A DNA stretch of 63,263 bases, counting the filler, from Kipferlia bialata (taxonomy: Eukaryota), in assembly GCA_003568945.1 (NCBI GenBank). It is 5 parts of 5 records of this genome, joined end to end, with 100 filler letters (N's around TTAATTAATTAA, not from the genome) between each part and the next. Parts side by side here need not be neighbours in the genome. Positions count along the whole stretch, not along the records: positions 44,868 to 54,406 come from BDIP01000358.1; positions 54,507 to 60,185 come from BDIP01000360.1; positions 60,286 to 63,263 come from BDIP01000449.1; 2 more parts are not named here. One strand, 5' to 3'. Position numbers and translations under genes: made by a program. The notes under the pieces are model-generated. The model saw nothing but the letters and a program-made list of their open reading frames with translations, searched no databases and was not told the origin of the DNA. Shown piece by piece: positions 53,327 through 63,263 of the stretch. Every line of letters begins with the position of its first letter. Within the stretch, counting starts at the first letter, position 1.

Positions 53327-54339
53327 GCCTGGTGCCGACCAGATCCTTCAGCCCCAGGAGCCAAGGGAGCTTGTGGAGAATGTAAGTATTTTTGCTTCTA
53401 ATTATCGGTGTTTGCGTGGTCTAGGGCCTATTGAGTGACCCATCACACCCAGGAGAACACCAGCAACACTGCTCCTCGCGAGATGGGTCTTGAGGAGTCT
53501 GGATCCGTGAGCGCTGTGCTTGTGGCCCCTCCTGCCAAGGGCGAGGCCGAGCTGATTCTGGAGGAGGAGCCTATGACTGCTGCTGCCAACCGTGAGCCAT
53601 CTGTCTCTCACATCACGCCTCTCAGCGGAGAGCTGCGCACCATTGGGACTGAGTCCCCTAAGGCCGCCCCCGGAACCCCCCCAGCCATTGGCCTGGACTC
53701 TTCCATGACTAGGACTGCCTCCCCCCACGCCTCCCCCAAGGCTACCCCCCAGGCCTCCCCAGTGGCCTCTCCTGTGGCCTCCCCCATGGGATCCCCCGCT
53801 GGTGCTCCCCCCATCCCAGAGCCCATTGTGATCCCAGGCTCCCCATCCTCTGTTGGTGCCCCCTCTGCCACTGCTGCCCTCAGCTCAGCTGACCTCATGC
53901 CCTCTGGCCCAGCATCCCTCATGACAAGGTTGGTAGGGCTTATATTCACCTGTGTAGTCTTGTGTATTCGTGAGGAGGGGGGTACAGTTGCTGTGCACAC
54001 GGTATTCCTGTATTGTGAATGTGTATTTATAGTACATGTATACGTTGTCCTATATCGCTTCTATCCCATGTATTGTGAGAGTGTACATTATCTCTGCCAT
54101 CACTATATATATATATACTCTTCTGCACCTCTATGTAACGACTTCCTTGATTCTCAATGCACCATAACTTGTGTTGATATAACCTATTCATATATAACCG
54201 ATATATAGTCTAACGTCAGGGACAGCCCCATCACTGGATCCCCCGCCGCTCTCCCAGTGCACCACTCCCCAGTGGCATCCAAGGCACCCCGCGGACACCT
54301 CCTGGAGTGCGCTCTCCTCTTTGTCGCTGACCAGTACAG
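53327..54339 (+). CDS. Pro/Ser/Ala-rich exons of a hypothetical protein, possibly the 5' part of the pentapeptide-repeat gene; start codon not identified
   Basis: Exons PGADQILQPQEPRELVEN, ENTSNTAPREMGLEE..ASPVASPVASPMGSP..SLMTR and DSPITGSPAALP..LLECALLFVADQY, ending at a donor just before the spacer. Confidence 0.6.
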
Positions 54340-54406
54340 GTGGGTGTATGCATATATGGGTAGATTAATATCACCCCCCCCCCCCCCCCCCCCCCCCCCG
54401 CCCCCC

Positions 54407-54506
54407 NNNNNNNNNNNNNNNNNNNNNNNNNNNNNNNNNNNNNNNNNNNNTTAATTAATTAANNNNNNNNNNNNNNNNNNNNNNNNNNNNNNNNNNNNNN
54501 NNNNNN
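54407..54506. other. Artificial contig/scaffold spacer
   Basis: N44-TTAATTAATTAA-N44. Confidence 0.98.
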
Positions 54507-54661
54507 TTTTTTCTCTCCCCCCCCCCCCCCCCCCCCCCTCACCCATGCCTCTAGCTCTATCCTCTACCTCCCCCCGCCATATATATTGTATATTATAGCA
54601 TTTTTTATATATATACATATATTTTATACAATATTTACACTCCCCACCCTTACCCCCCCAG

Positions 54662-57600
54662 ACCCCTGTGCCCTGTGCCGAGGGGGGTGTCACCCCTGAC
54701 ACCCTGCTGAGTGCCCTCCCTATACCCCTTCCACCCCCCATGGCCACAGACTCAGAGGACGAGGACTCAGAGGGTGGGGGGGAGGGCATGGTGCCTGAGG
54801 GCCTGGCCCTGAGGATGGAGTTCTATGCCGGGGACCCCCTGGTGTCAGTGGACCCAGACACTCCACTGGGTGGGTGATGGATGTAGTACAGTATAGTGCA
54901 TACATTCAGTATACAGTATGCACAGTACGGTAGTGTCTTACCCCAGGCTTCCTCTGTGCCCTGAGTCAGTCCTCCCTAGACACTGTGCACCTCACAGTGC
55001 ACTATGTACCCACTGTGGGAGAGGCAGGGGAGGGGGAGGGAGAGGAGGGAGAGGACGTCTCTCCCCTGGCCCTAGGCATAGCTGCACCCACCACACACAC
55101 TCTGGCACAGTTCAGGCATGGCATGGATATATCTATATATACTTGTATATTATAATGAATGTTACTAGATTGGGGAGTGACATCAGTGCCCCCCCCCCCT
55201 CCTATCCTCTCTGTATCTTACCCCAGTGGAGTTGCTTCCTACGACGCCTCTACCCCCTGCCCCCTCTGCCTGCCCTCTTGTGTGCACTGTGACACATTCA
55301 CCAACGTGCTGAGCAGGGATCTCTCCACCCTCTACTGCATAGACAATGCTAGGCAGGACGTGATGCAGGTGGGTATGGCATGGGCATCCTCTTCACACAT
55401 TCTATGTATGTCGATATTCTGATACAGTCTACATCATATACTCATATGTCATGTATATGTACACTCCTCACCCCAGGCTGTCCCCCTCTCCAGCTCGCCC
55501 TCCCTTACCTCCACCAACTGGCTGGTAGCATCAGCAGAGGGGGCCAGGCTCTGGGTGGTAGCAGTGAGTCTTGACGGAGAGGTCAAGGTGGGTGTCTGAG
55601 TATATACGCAGCACATACGAGTACCTCTTCACCCTGCGTCTCCTTCTACCTCACCCACTCCCAGGTCCATGCTGTGTCCACTGACTGTGCCTGGATAGAT
55701 GCCGCTGTCACCATAGCACCCCAGGCACAGACAGTCCTCAAGGCAGGCACAGGTGGGGGAGGCGTGTATCAGTGGGTGCAAGAATTAGTAGTCTGTACAC
55801 TCTCACTTCTCCTATCCTATTGGACCCAGAGTCCATCACCTCTCACCCCCAGTCTGTGGAGTCACCCGCAACGTCTCCACCAACCACGTGTGGCTATCTG
55901 TCTCTGAGCCCGTGAAGCCCAAGGCTGATGAGGATGATCAGCATGTGTCCCACATCCTGTGTCTATCATTCAACTCGGGTCACCCCTCCCTCAACGTGCT
56001 CTGTACACTCCCCACTCCCTTCACTCTCACAGGCGGTCTCCAGCACTTCTCTGTGTGTGGCACTGAGGTACATATACACATAACCATTGTATCATTTGTG
56101 TGTGCTATACTTATGGATCATGGCAATATGTGTTCATAGTCAAGTATTGTGTCTACGTTTCAATCCTGTCCTTATGCCAGGTGCTTCTTGCCTCTGGTAC
56201 TACCCGCCTTGTGCTTGATACCAAGACAGGGCACGGCAGACCTCTCTCCCTTGCCGACGACCACCTCTCCCTCCCCATATCCCTTTCCCCCCATGGCACC
56301 CTGTTGAGTGACAGCGGTATGCTGCACCTGGTGTGTCCCAGTGGGACTACAGTGGTGGTGGCTAGGGGTGTGGCACAGTATGCGGTGCACGGGGGGACTC
56401 TCTTCTGGGTGGGAACGGACACGCACATGCGCAGGTACAGAGTAGTAGCTATGAACTGTAGTTACTCTATCTGCATATACGGATGCCCCTCTCACCCTAG
56501 GACCGAGCTCTCGTGCCTGGACTCTGTCCCCCAGCTCCCCTCCACCTCAGCCACTATGGAGGTGGACACTAGGCTGCACGACATACCCGCCCTTGTCCCC
56601 CCCTCCAGTGCTGAGGGGTGGAGCCTTGTGTGCCCCACCTCAAGCACAGACTGCCTGTACATGGTTCTAGGGGAGGGGGAGGCAGGGGAGAGCGTGTCTG
56701 TGTGCGTCGAGCACCGGCACATATCTGGGCAGACCCTAGATGTCAGAGGGGCATGTGCCGCAGAATGCAAGGTGGAGGGTACACGCAGCATGGAGGGCTG
56801 CGGGGTGTATGTTGGAGGCACTGTGTATGCCAGAGTGGGGGGTAGGCTGATCAGTGTGCAAGTAGTGCCTGCATCTACAGATGCTGCCCCTCTGTCTGTG
56901 TGTGACCACGGACTCAGTCTGACCAGCCAGCCCAGACTGACCCCAGACAGAACAGGTCTACTCCTAGGTCAGACAGACTGATAGTGGTGTACTCATACCT
57001 CAGTCCAATACCTCACGCTCCCTCTCTAACCCACCAGACACTCCCTCAGGCATGCGCATCCTCCACCTCCCCCACGGGTCCCTACCCCCCAAGGTGGGGC
57101 CTAGCCACGTGGCCCGTAGGCAGTGTGGGTGTGTGTGTGCCCAGAAGGTAGATGAGTGTATGGCAGACACGCAGGACGTGGAGCCAGAGGCATCGCCAGC
57201 CGCAGAGGGTGGGGACGCATACACCTATGTGGGACGGTACCTGGGCCAGACTGATATCCTACTGAACGGGGTGGTCAGAGGTATATATGTACTCTTGCCA
57301 TACTACCGCTCTACTATGCTACTCTCCCCCTTCCCTCCCCCCAGGCCCCTTTGGCTGGGCCCTTGTGAAGAGGGGTGTGGTTGTGCCCTTTGTCGAGTCT
57401 GTGCCCTCAGGCCAGCAGACACCCTCAGCACATACACAGGCACAGGATGGGGTGGAGAGAGAGAGACTCGACAGTGCCAGGCTGGCAGCCCAGGCAATAC
57501 AGACAGGTACCAGAGGCTACGATATAGTTATTCCCAAATACACATCCATACACACGCTCCTACCATTCAGGCAAGTCCCAGCGCCTCCACTTTGTTGGAG

Positions 57601-59550
57601 TGGACCTTGCCGGCACCCTTGCCCACCTCTCCTTCAGACACTGTCTGTTTGAGGGGTGTACTATTACAGGGTGTGAGCAGTCTAGATTCAGAGACTGTGT
57701 GTGGAGTGACTGTACCTTTGTGGCATGCAACTTCAAGAGGTGTGACATGGGGGCATGCCTGATGGAGGGGTGCGACCTCTCCCATAGCAACATGAACCAA
57801 GCAGTGGTGGTGGACACATCTATGGATAGGTGGGGAGGCTATGCCTGACTGCGTCTAGAATTGTATTGACATGCATCTTCGTATATATATATATACCCAC
57901 CCCAGGTGCAGACTGGACCGGTCCTACTGGGACGAGGGGTGCCGGGTATCGGGCCTCTCCCTCTCCCACACCTCTCTCTCTTCCACCACTGTGTCCACCT
58001 TCCAGGGGTGGAGGTTCAAGGAGTGGGACACGTTCTCAGAGACATACCTAGGCCCGGGGTGCAACCTGGCAGGTGAGTCCAGGGTGACATGTATATATAC
58101 AAAGTAATATCGATACCTCTAACAATTTATACCCGATATTTGCGACCCTCACCCCCCAGGCCTAGTCCTCCGCACCAAGAACGGTGTCTCCTATGAGTAC
58201 TGCCCCTTGACAGGACGTGACCTCAAGGGGTCCAGTCTGAGGGGGGCAGACGTCACAGGGATAGACCTGACAGGGTGCAACCTAGAGGGTATGTCACATA
58301 TGTGTGTCACTGCATAGAATGACGAATACATCATATGTTGCCCTGTCACTCCTCACTCCTCAGACTGTGACCTGACCGGGGCAGTGTGTCTCACCCCCAT
58401 CCACCTAGTCCAGGCTGCCTCCATCGCTGGGTGCACCCTGTCTGCAGATGTGGAGGGATGGGACCTCAAGGGGGTGGACATGCAGAGATGTGACCTCAGT
58501 GCAACATCAGGTGTGTTACTACCATATACTACCTCATATATGTGTAGATGCACTGAATAGAGCCATCTCTCACCCAGGCCTGACCTGCACCCATCTGAGG
58601 GAGAGTGGAGGGTGCCAGGGGGTGGTGCTCAAGTACCTGACCCTCAAGGGAGACCTCTCCCACACAGACCTCACAGGGGCAGACCTCAGTGGGGCCAACC
58701 TCTCAGGTGGGAGAGGGCATATTCCTACTCTGCTATGGTGTGTGTGTATGGGTTGTCTCACCGTCAGGGTGTGATCTCACTGGGGCCACTCTCACTGGGT
58801 GCAACCTGGAGGGCACCAACATCACTGCATGTACCATGGAGGATAGCACACTGCCCGCAGACATATCCATGGCAGTGCAGGTACAGGGGATACCATATAT
58901 AACTGGGGTCTATCTATGTATTATGTCCTGCTATGCTACGTGCCTAAAACTCCCCTCACACCAGAACCCTCTCTCCTTCACCTTCACCAAGGTGACTACC
59001 AGTAAGGTGGTACTCAATGAGGCACTAGATACCGCAGAGGCCTACCACGAGTGGAGGGAGACAGCGGTGAAGGGCTCCAACACCATCCGCAACACCAACG
59101 GGCGTGTCAATGTTGTTGTCCCACCTGTCGAGGGCGCTGAGTTCACTCTGACTGGGTCCTTCAACAACAGCAGCAACCAGTGGAAGGCCAACACCCGCTT
59201 CCACTACCCCACTGTCATGTTCCCCTCCACAGGCCACCATGCGGATGCCACGGACAAGGAGGACCTGGTGCTCAAGGGGACGAGGAGGGGAGGGGTCATC
59301 AGGTGGGGGTATAGTATACGAGTATGTGTATATATCTGTCTACTATGTGTCTCTGATGTCAGCATCAGCAACCCCAAGGGAGAGGACGTCGAGGTGCCCT
59401 GCAAGAGAGGCCAGGTAGGATACAGTATGTAGCTAATGCGATATCATACTCTGTATGGTGTTTATATACCTATGTATACTCAACCCCCAGGACTGTGTCA
59501 TCAGACTCTTCCTCAAGCACGGGAACTTCTCCATCCGTGTTGGACACTAG
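54662..59550 (+). CDS. Multi-exon pentapeptide-repeat protein (5'-partial)
   Basis: Short GT-AG introns. The 57570-58880 exons give classic A(D/N)LXX repeats (GRDLKGSSLRGADVTGIDLTGCNLEDCDLTGA; GDLSHTDLTGADLSGANLSGCDLTGATLTGCNLEGTNIT). The gene ends DCVIRLFLKHGNFSIRVGH* at 59550. Confidence 0.85.
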
Positions 59551-60003
59551 GATGTGTCTGGTACACTCTGTTAGTGGAGGCAGATATCTCCTGTTCTCAA
59601 GCCAGTGGAACTGACCCTTCCCTGGCTAAGGGGCCCAGGGGAGGGGGAGACCGTGTCACTCTCTCGATTAACGCATTCGGCAACATGCATAAATATTTGA
59701 ACTGGTGGCCTATAGAGTGACACTTCCTCTGCTCCTGTCACTTTGGACTGAAGCCATCGATTCTTCATGTGTTCGATGTGACAATATAGTACATCTAATG
59801 ATACTCTCAACTGCTGTCTATCAGTCTTACAACCAACCACCTGTTTGATTCATCATTTATAAAGAAAGTGCCCTATCTGCACATGTGTATATGCAGGGGG
59901 CAGCCCCCTCCTGGTCAAATGGAAGTAACCAGTTAGAGGCGCTTGTGGGGCCGGCCGCGGATTGCGACTGGCACTATGCTACACCTGTCTAATGTCACCC
60001 CTC

Positions 60004-60117
60004 CTACACGTGGGTGGTGTCTGGGAGCTGGACTGCGCCCTCCTGCTTCATGGGCATGTGCTGCACGTGCTGCACAGGGGCAGGGGGGAGGTTGGAGGGC
60101 AGGCCGGTGTGGGGGAC
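60004..60117 (-). CDS. Probable terminal exon of a minus-strand gene whose remainder lies in or beyond the spacer
   Basis: Acceptor CTGATGCCCAG is followed by PPHRPALQPPPAPVQHVQHMPMKQEGAVQLPDTTHV*. Confidence 0.5.
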   Translation of the reverse strand, partial: VPHTGLPSNLPPAPVQHVQHMPMKQEGAVQLPDTTHV

Positions 60118-60185
60118 CTGGGCATCAGAGGGCAGTGTGTGTGTGGGGGGGGGGGGGGGGGGGGGGGAAACACCCAAAAAATAAA

Positions 60186-60285
60186 NNNNNNNNNNNNNNN
60201 NNNNNNNNNNNNNNNNNNNNNNNNNNNNNTTAATTAATTAANNNNNNNNNNNNNNNNNNNNNNNNNNNNNNNNNNNNNNNNNNNN
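60186..60285. other. Artificial contig/scaffold spacer
   Basis: N44-TTAATTAATTAA-N44. Confidence 0.98.
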
Positions 60286-60509
60286 GATTTTCTTTATTTT
60301 TCTCCCCCCCCCCCCCCCTCCCCTCCCTATTGAAGCCCAACTCCCCCCAGAATCGTTCACCTCCCCTGTCTCTCTCTGTCTCTCTGTCTCTCTATAGAGA
60401 GTGTGTCTCTCCTCACAGACCCCTTCACCACCTCCCCGTCTCTCTCGGTCTCTCTCTCTTCCACACCCACATATAAACATATACATTTATAAACTGTATC
60501 TCACTCCAG

Positions 60510-62827
60510 ACCCCTTCACCACCTCCCCTGTCTCTCTGTACTACGAGACCATCACGGCATTCGTCAGTGCAGAGCTCGATAGGTATATATATATATATAT
60601 ATATGCAATACTATATATGATGTATATACTATGTATATATATGTATATATATCTGTACCGTTGAATACTATGGTGGATCTACTATATATAGTACTAATAT
60701 ATTCATCAATATGTATGTATGATACCATCACGGCATTCGTCAGTACCCAGCTCGATAAGTGTGCATATATGCCACTACCACAGTACTATGTACTGTGTTT
60801 GAATTGTTATACTCACCTCCAGGGATGTGTACCTCTCCCATTGGGCCGGTGGGTTATGCTATATATATACAATGTTCTATGTATATAGTACTATATATGT
60901 AATACTATATGCGATATATACTAACCCTAGGGATGTGTACCTCTCCCACTGGGCCGGTGGCTTCAGGTCAGAGGACCACTATGCACTCCACAACACAGGA
61001 GGTATAAGGGAACCCATATATGTGATATATGTGCTTTCTATGCCATTCCTCATGTCACCACATAATAATTCACATATGGTCACATATGTTGTCACTTACC
61101 CCCAGGCGAGGTGTCCACCTACAGTGCCGTTGAGCTGGCAGCCAGCATCAAGAGGTTCAGCAGGTATAGTGTATCTATATCTATCTATCTATATACATGT
61201 ATGTATATACATTTTCTATATATTTCTACTATCTACATATATATATACGTATATGCTTATCAAGAGGTTCAGCAGGTATAGAGTCTATTGATATGAGTAT
61301 TTGAATACATGTCAAGTAGTGTTAAATTAGTGATACGTGTGCTAATATGTGTATATTGTATATGGAGCTGGCAGCCAGCATAAAGAGGTTCAGTAGGTAT
61401 TGCCCATATGTATTCTCTCTCTCTCTCTCTCTCTCCCTCTCTCCCCCCCTCTACCCCCTCACCACCAGAGTGAGGCACATGCCCTTCCCCTACTTCCTTG
61501 TCTCTCTCTCTCTCTCTCTCTCCCTCTACACCCTTAATGTCAGAGTGAGGCACATGCCCTTCCCCTACTTCCGTGTCTCACTGCCATACATCTGTGAGGG
61601 CATCGACTACCACGACAGGATAGGTACATACAGAGAGATGTATATATATATGTATGTGAGTGTATCAACATAATATGGATATCCCTCCCATACATTTGTG
61701 AGGGCTACGACTACCATGACAGAATAGGTACATATATGTATATTTATATATATATAGAATAGGTATAATATATATATATATAGGATAGGTACATGTATAC
61801 GTATGAATGTTATTTCCTGTCGATATTCGGCTTCTTTTGACTTCAAAATCCTCCATACATATACTAGTATACATACTCTTATCCTTCAGGCAACATCTCG
61901 ATCTCCGTTGTCCACTCCATCAGTATATATGTGTATCATTACTTCATATGGTTTTATGTATGCAATTGTAGTGTATATATTCATTCTCTTACCCATTAGG
62001 CAACATCTCGACCTCCGTTGTTCACTCCATCAGGGGCAAGGAGACATCCCTCTCACTGTCACCAAGGTATCCCGTGCATGTTCTTTCTACCATTTACCAT
62101 ATACAACCTACCAGATGTTTCATATATACCCATGTCACCCTATGTCTAGTAGACATTGTCTACCCTTCACCCCAGGTCCCCCCTCCTCCCCAACTACCGC
62201 ACTGAGTTTGACGTCCATTACAACTACCCCAACCAGCAGCCAGAGGGACCCATGGTGTTCAGGTATATGTATGCATATACTGTCACTTATGGCATTGTTG
62301 AACAGAACATATTCATTCATTGTTCTCTTACCCCCAGGAACCCCTTCAACAACGTGTACAGCGCCAGAGTGCACCTGGCCAGAGAGGTATGGCAAATATA
62401 GAAATCATTTACTAGTAGCTTGTGAACTATTTCAAATGAAAGGATATAATTGTTGTGATGTCATTCCTCAACCCAGGTCGACCCTGTCCTTCTCTACACC
62501 AGGATCAAGACATGCTTCCACCTCCCAGCAGGTACGCTATTATCTCTCTCTTTCCTGATACTGATACTGATACTGATACTCCCAACAGGTATGCTAGTCC
62601 AACCCCCCCCCCCCTCCCCCTCTCTCTATCTCTGTCTGATACTGATCAAGACATGGTTCCACCTCCCAGCAGGTCTACCGAGAGTATGGTACTATCTTCC
62701 TCTCTCTCTCTCCGTATTCAATCTTAGGACCCTTGTCTGCCGAGTTCTCTCTCTCTCTCTCTCCTTCTAGGTCCTTATTCCAGGCGCCCCTATTATCAGA
62801 CCCATGGCCCCCTCCTCTACTGAGTCG

Positions 62828-62872
<45 letters not shown>

Positions 62873-62933
62873 TAATTTCTTACTCTAGGTGCTACTGACA
62901 TTAACTTGATGGCACCCTTCTCCACCGAGTCCC

Positions 62934-62966
<33 letters not shown>

Positions 62967-63187
62967 ACTGCTTACTCTAGGCGCTACTGACATTAACTTG
63001 ATGGCCCCTTTCTCCACTGTGTCCTCTCTCTCTCTCTCTCTCTCTCTCTAGACCCTTACTCTAGGCGCCACTGATATCAACCTCATGGCACCCTTCTCCA
63101 CTGAGTCCTCTCTGGAGCACAGCCACTACTTCCTGGACTACCCCACACACCCCGTGCTGTGTATAGAGAGGGGTAGAACTGTGCCAG
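60510..63187 (+). CDS. RPN1: Ribophorin I / oligosaccharyltransferase subunit OST1 (internal exons; both ends missing)
   Basis: Spliced motifs occur in the expected order: VSLYYE..RDVYLSHWAGGFRSEDHYALHNTG, SLPYICEGIDYHDRIGNISTS, PLLPNYRTEFDVHYNYP, FHLPAGATDINLMAPF, HYFLDYPTHPVLCIE. These match the ribophorin I motifs as recalled (IEVSHWG, YYRDEIGNVSTS, FPLFGGWK..GYN, ILPEGA, YTYLDTFGRPV). Confidence 0.88.
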
Positions 63188-63263
63188 GTACTGAGTACAT
63201 ATATATAGTATAGTATATATAGTATATATAGTATATATAGTATATATAGTATATATAGTATAT

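Noticed and set aside
54339..54662. Direct splicing of the 53.3-54.3 kb exons to the exon at 54662 across the spacer
   Set aside because: The donor is phase 2 and the downstream exon needs phase 0. Either exons are missing in the gap or the pieces are unrelated.
22347..60285. Recurrent TTAATTAATTAA motif
   Set aside because: It is always centred in a 100-nt N block, so it is an artificial six-frame stop linker.

Overview
This is eukaryotic, very intron-rich protist DNA with GT-AG introns, (CT)n/(TA)n microsatellites and the standard genetic code. Its style suggests a free-living fornicate such as Kipferlia, but that is inference and unverified. Four 100-nt artificial spacers (N44-TTAATTAATTAA-N44) split the window into five pieces. 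Hand-spliced genes recognised: RPS29, RNase P/MRP subunit POP4/Rpp29, ribophorin I (OST1/RPN1, partial), a Pex19-like protein, a gene with an RNF123/KPC1-type RING finger, a pentapeptide-repeat protein, a cluster of divergent Kelch-like beta-propeller genes and pseudogenes, and a ~16 kb multi-exon hypothetical gene. The most striking feature is pervasive 'exon echoes'. Introns carry one to six tandem partial copies of the neighbouring exon edge plus its splice site. These copies differ from the real exon almost only at synonymous positions (69 of 76 differing codons in 13 hand-aligned pairs), which neutral decay of intronic duplicates does not predict. All exon structures were inferred by eye without transcript data.
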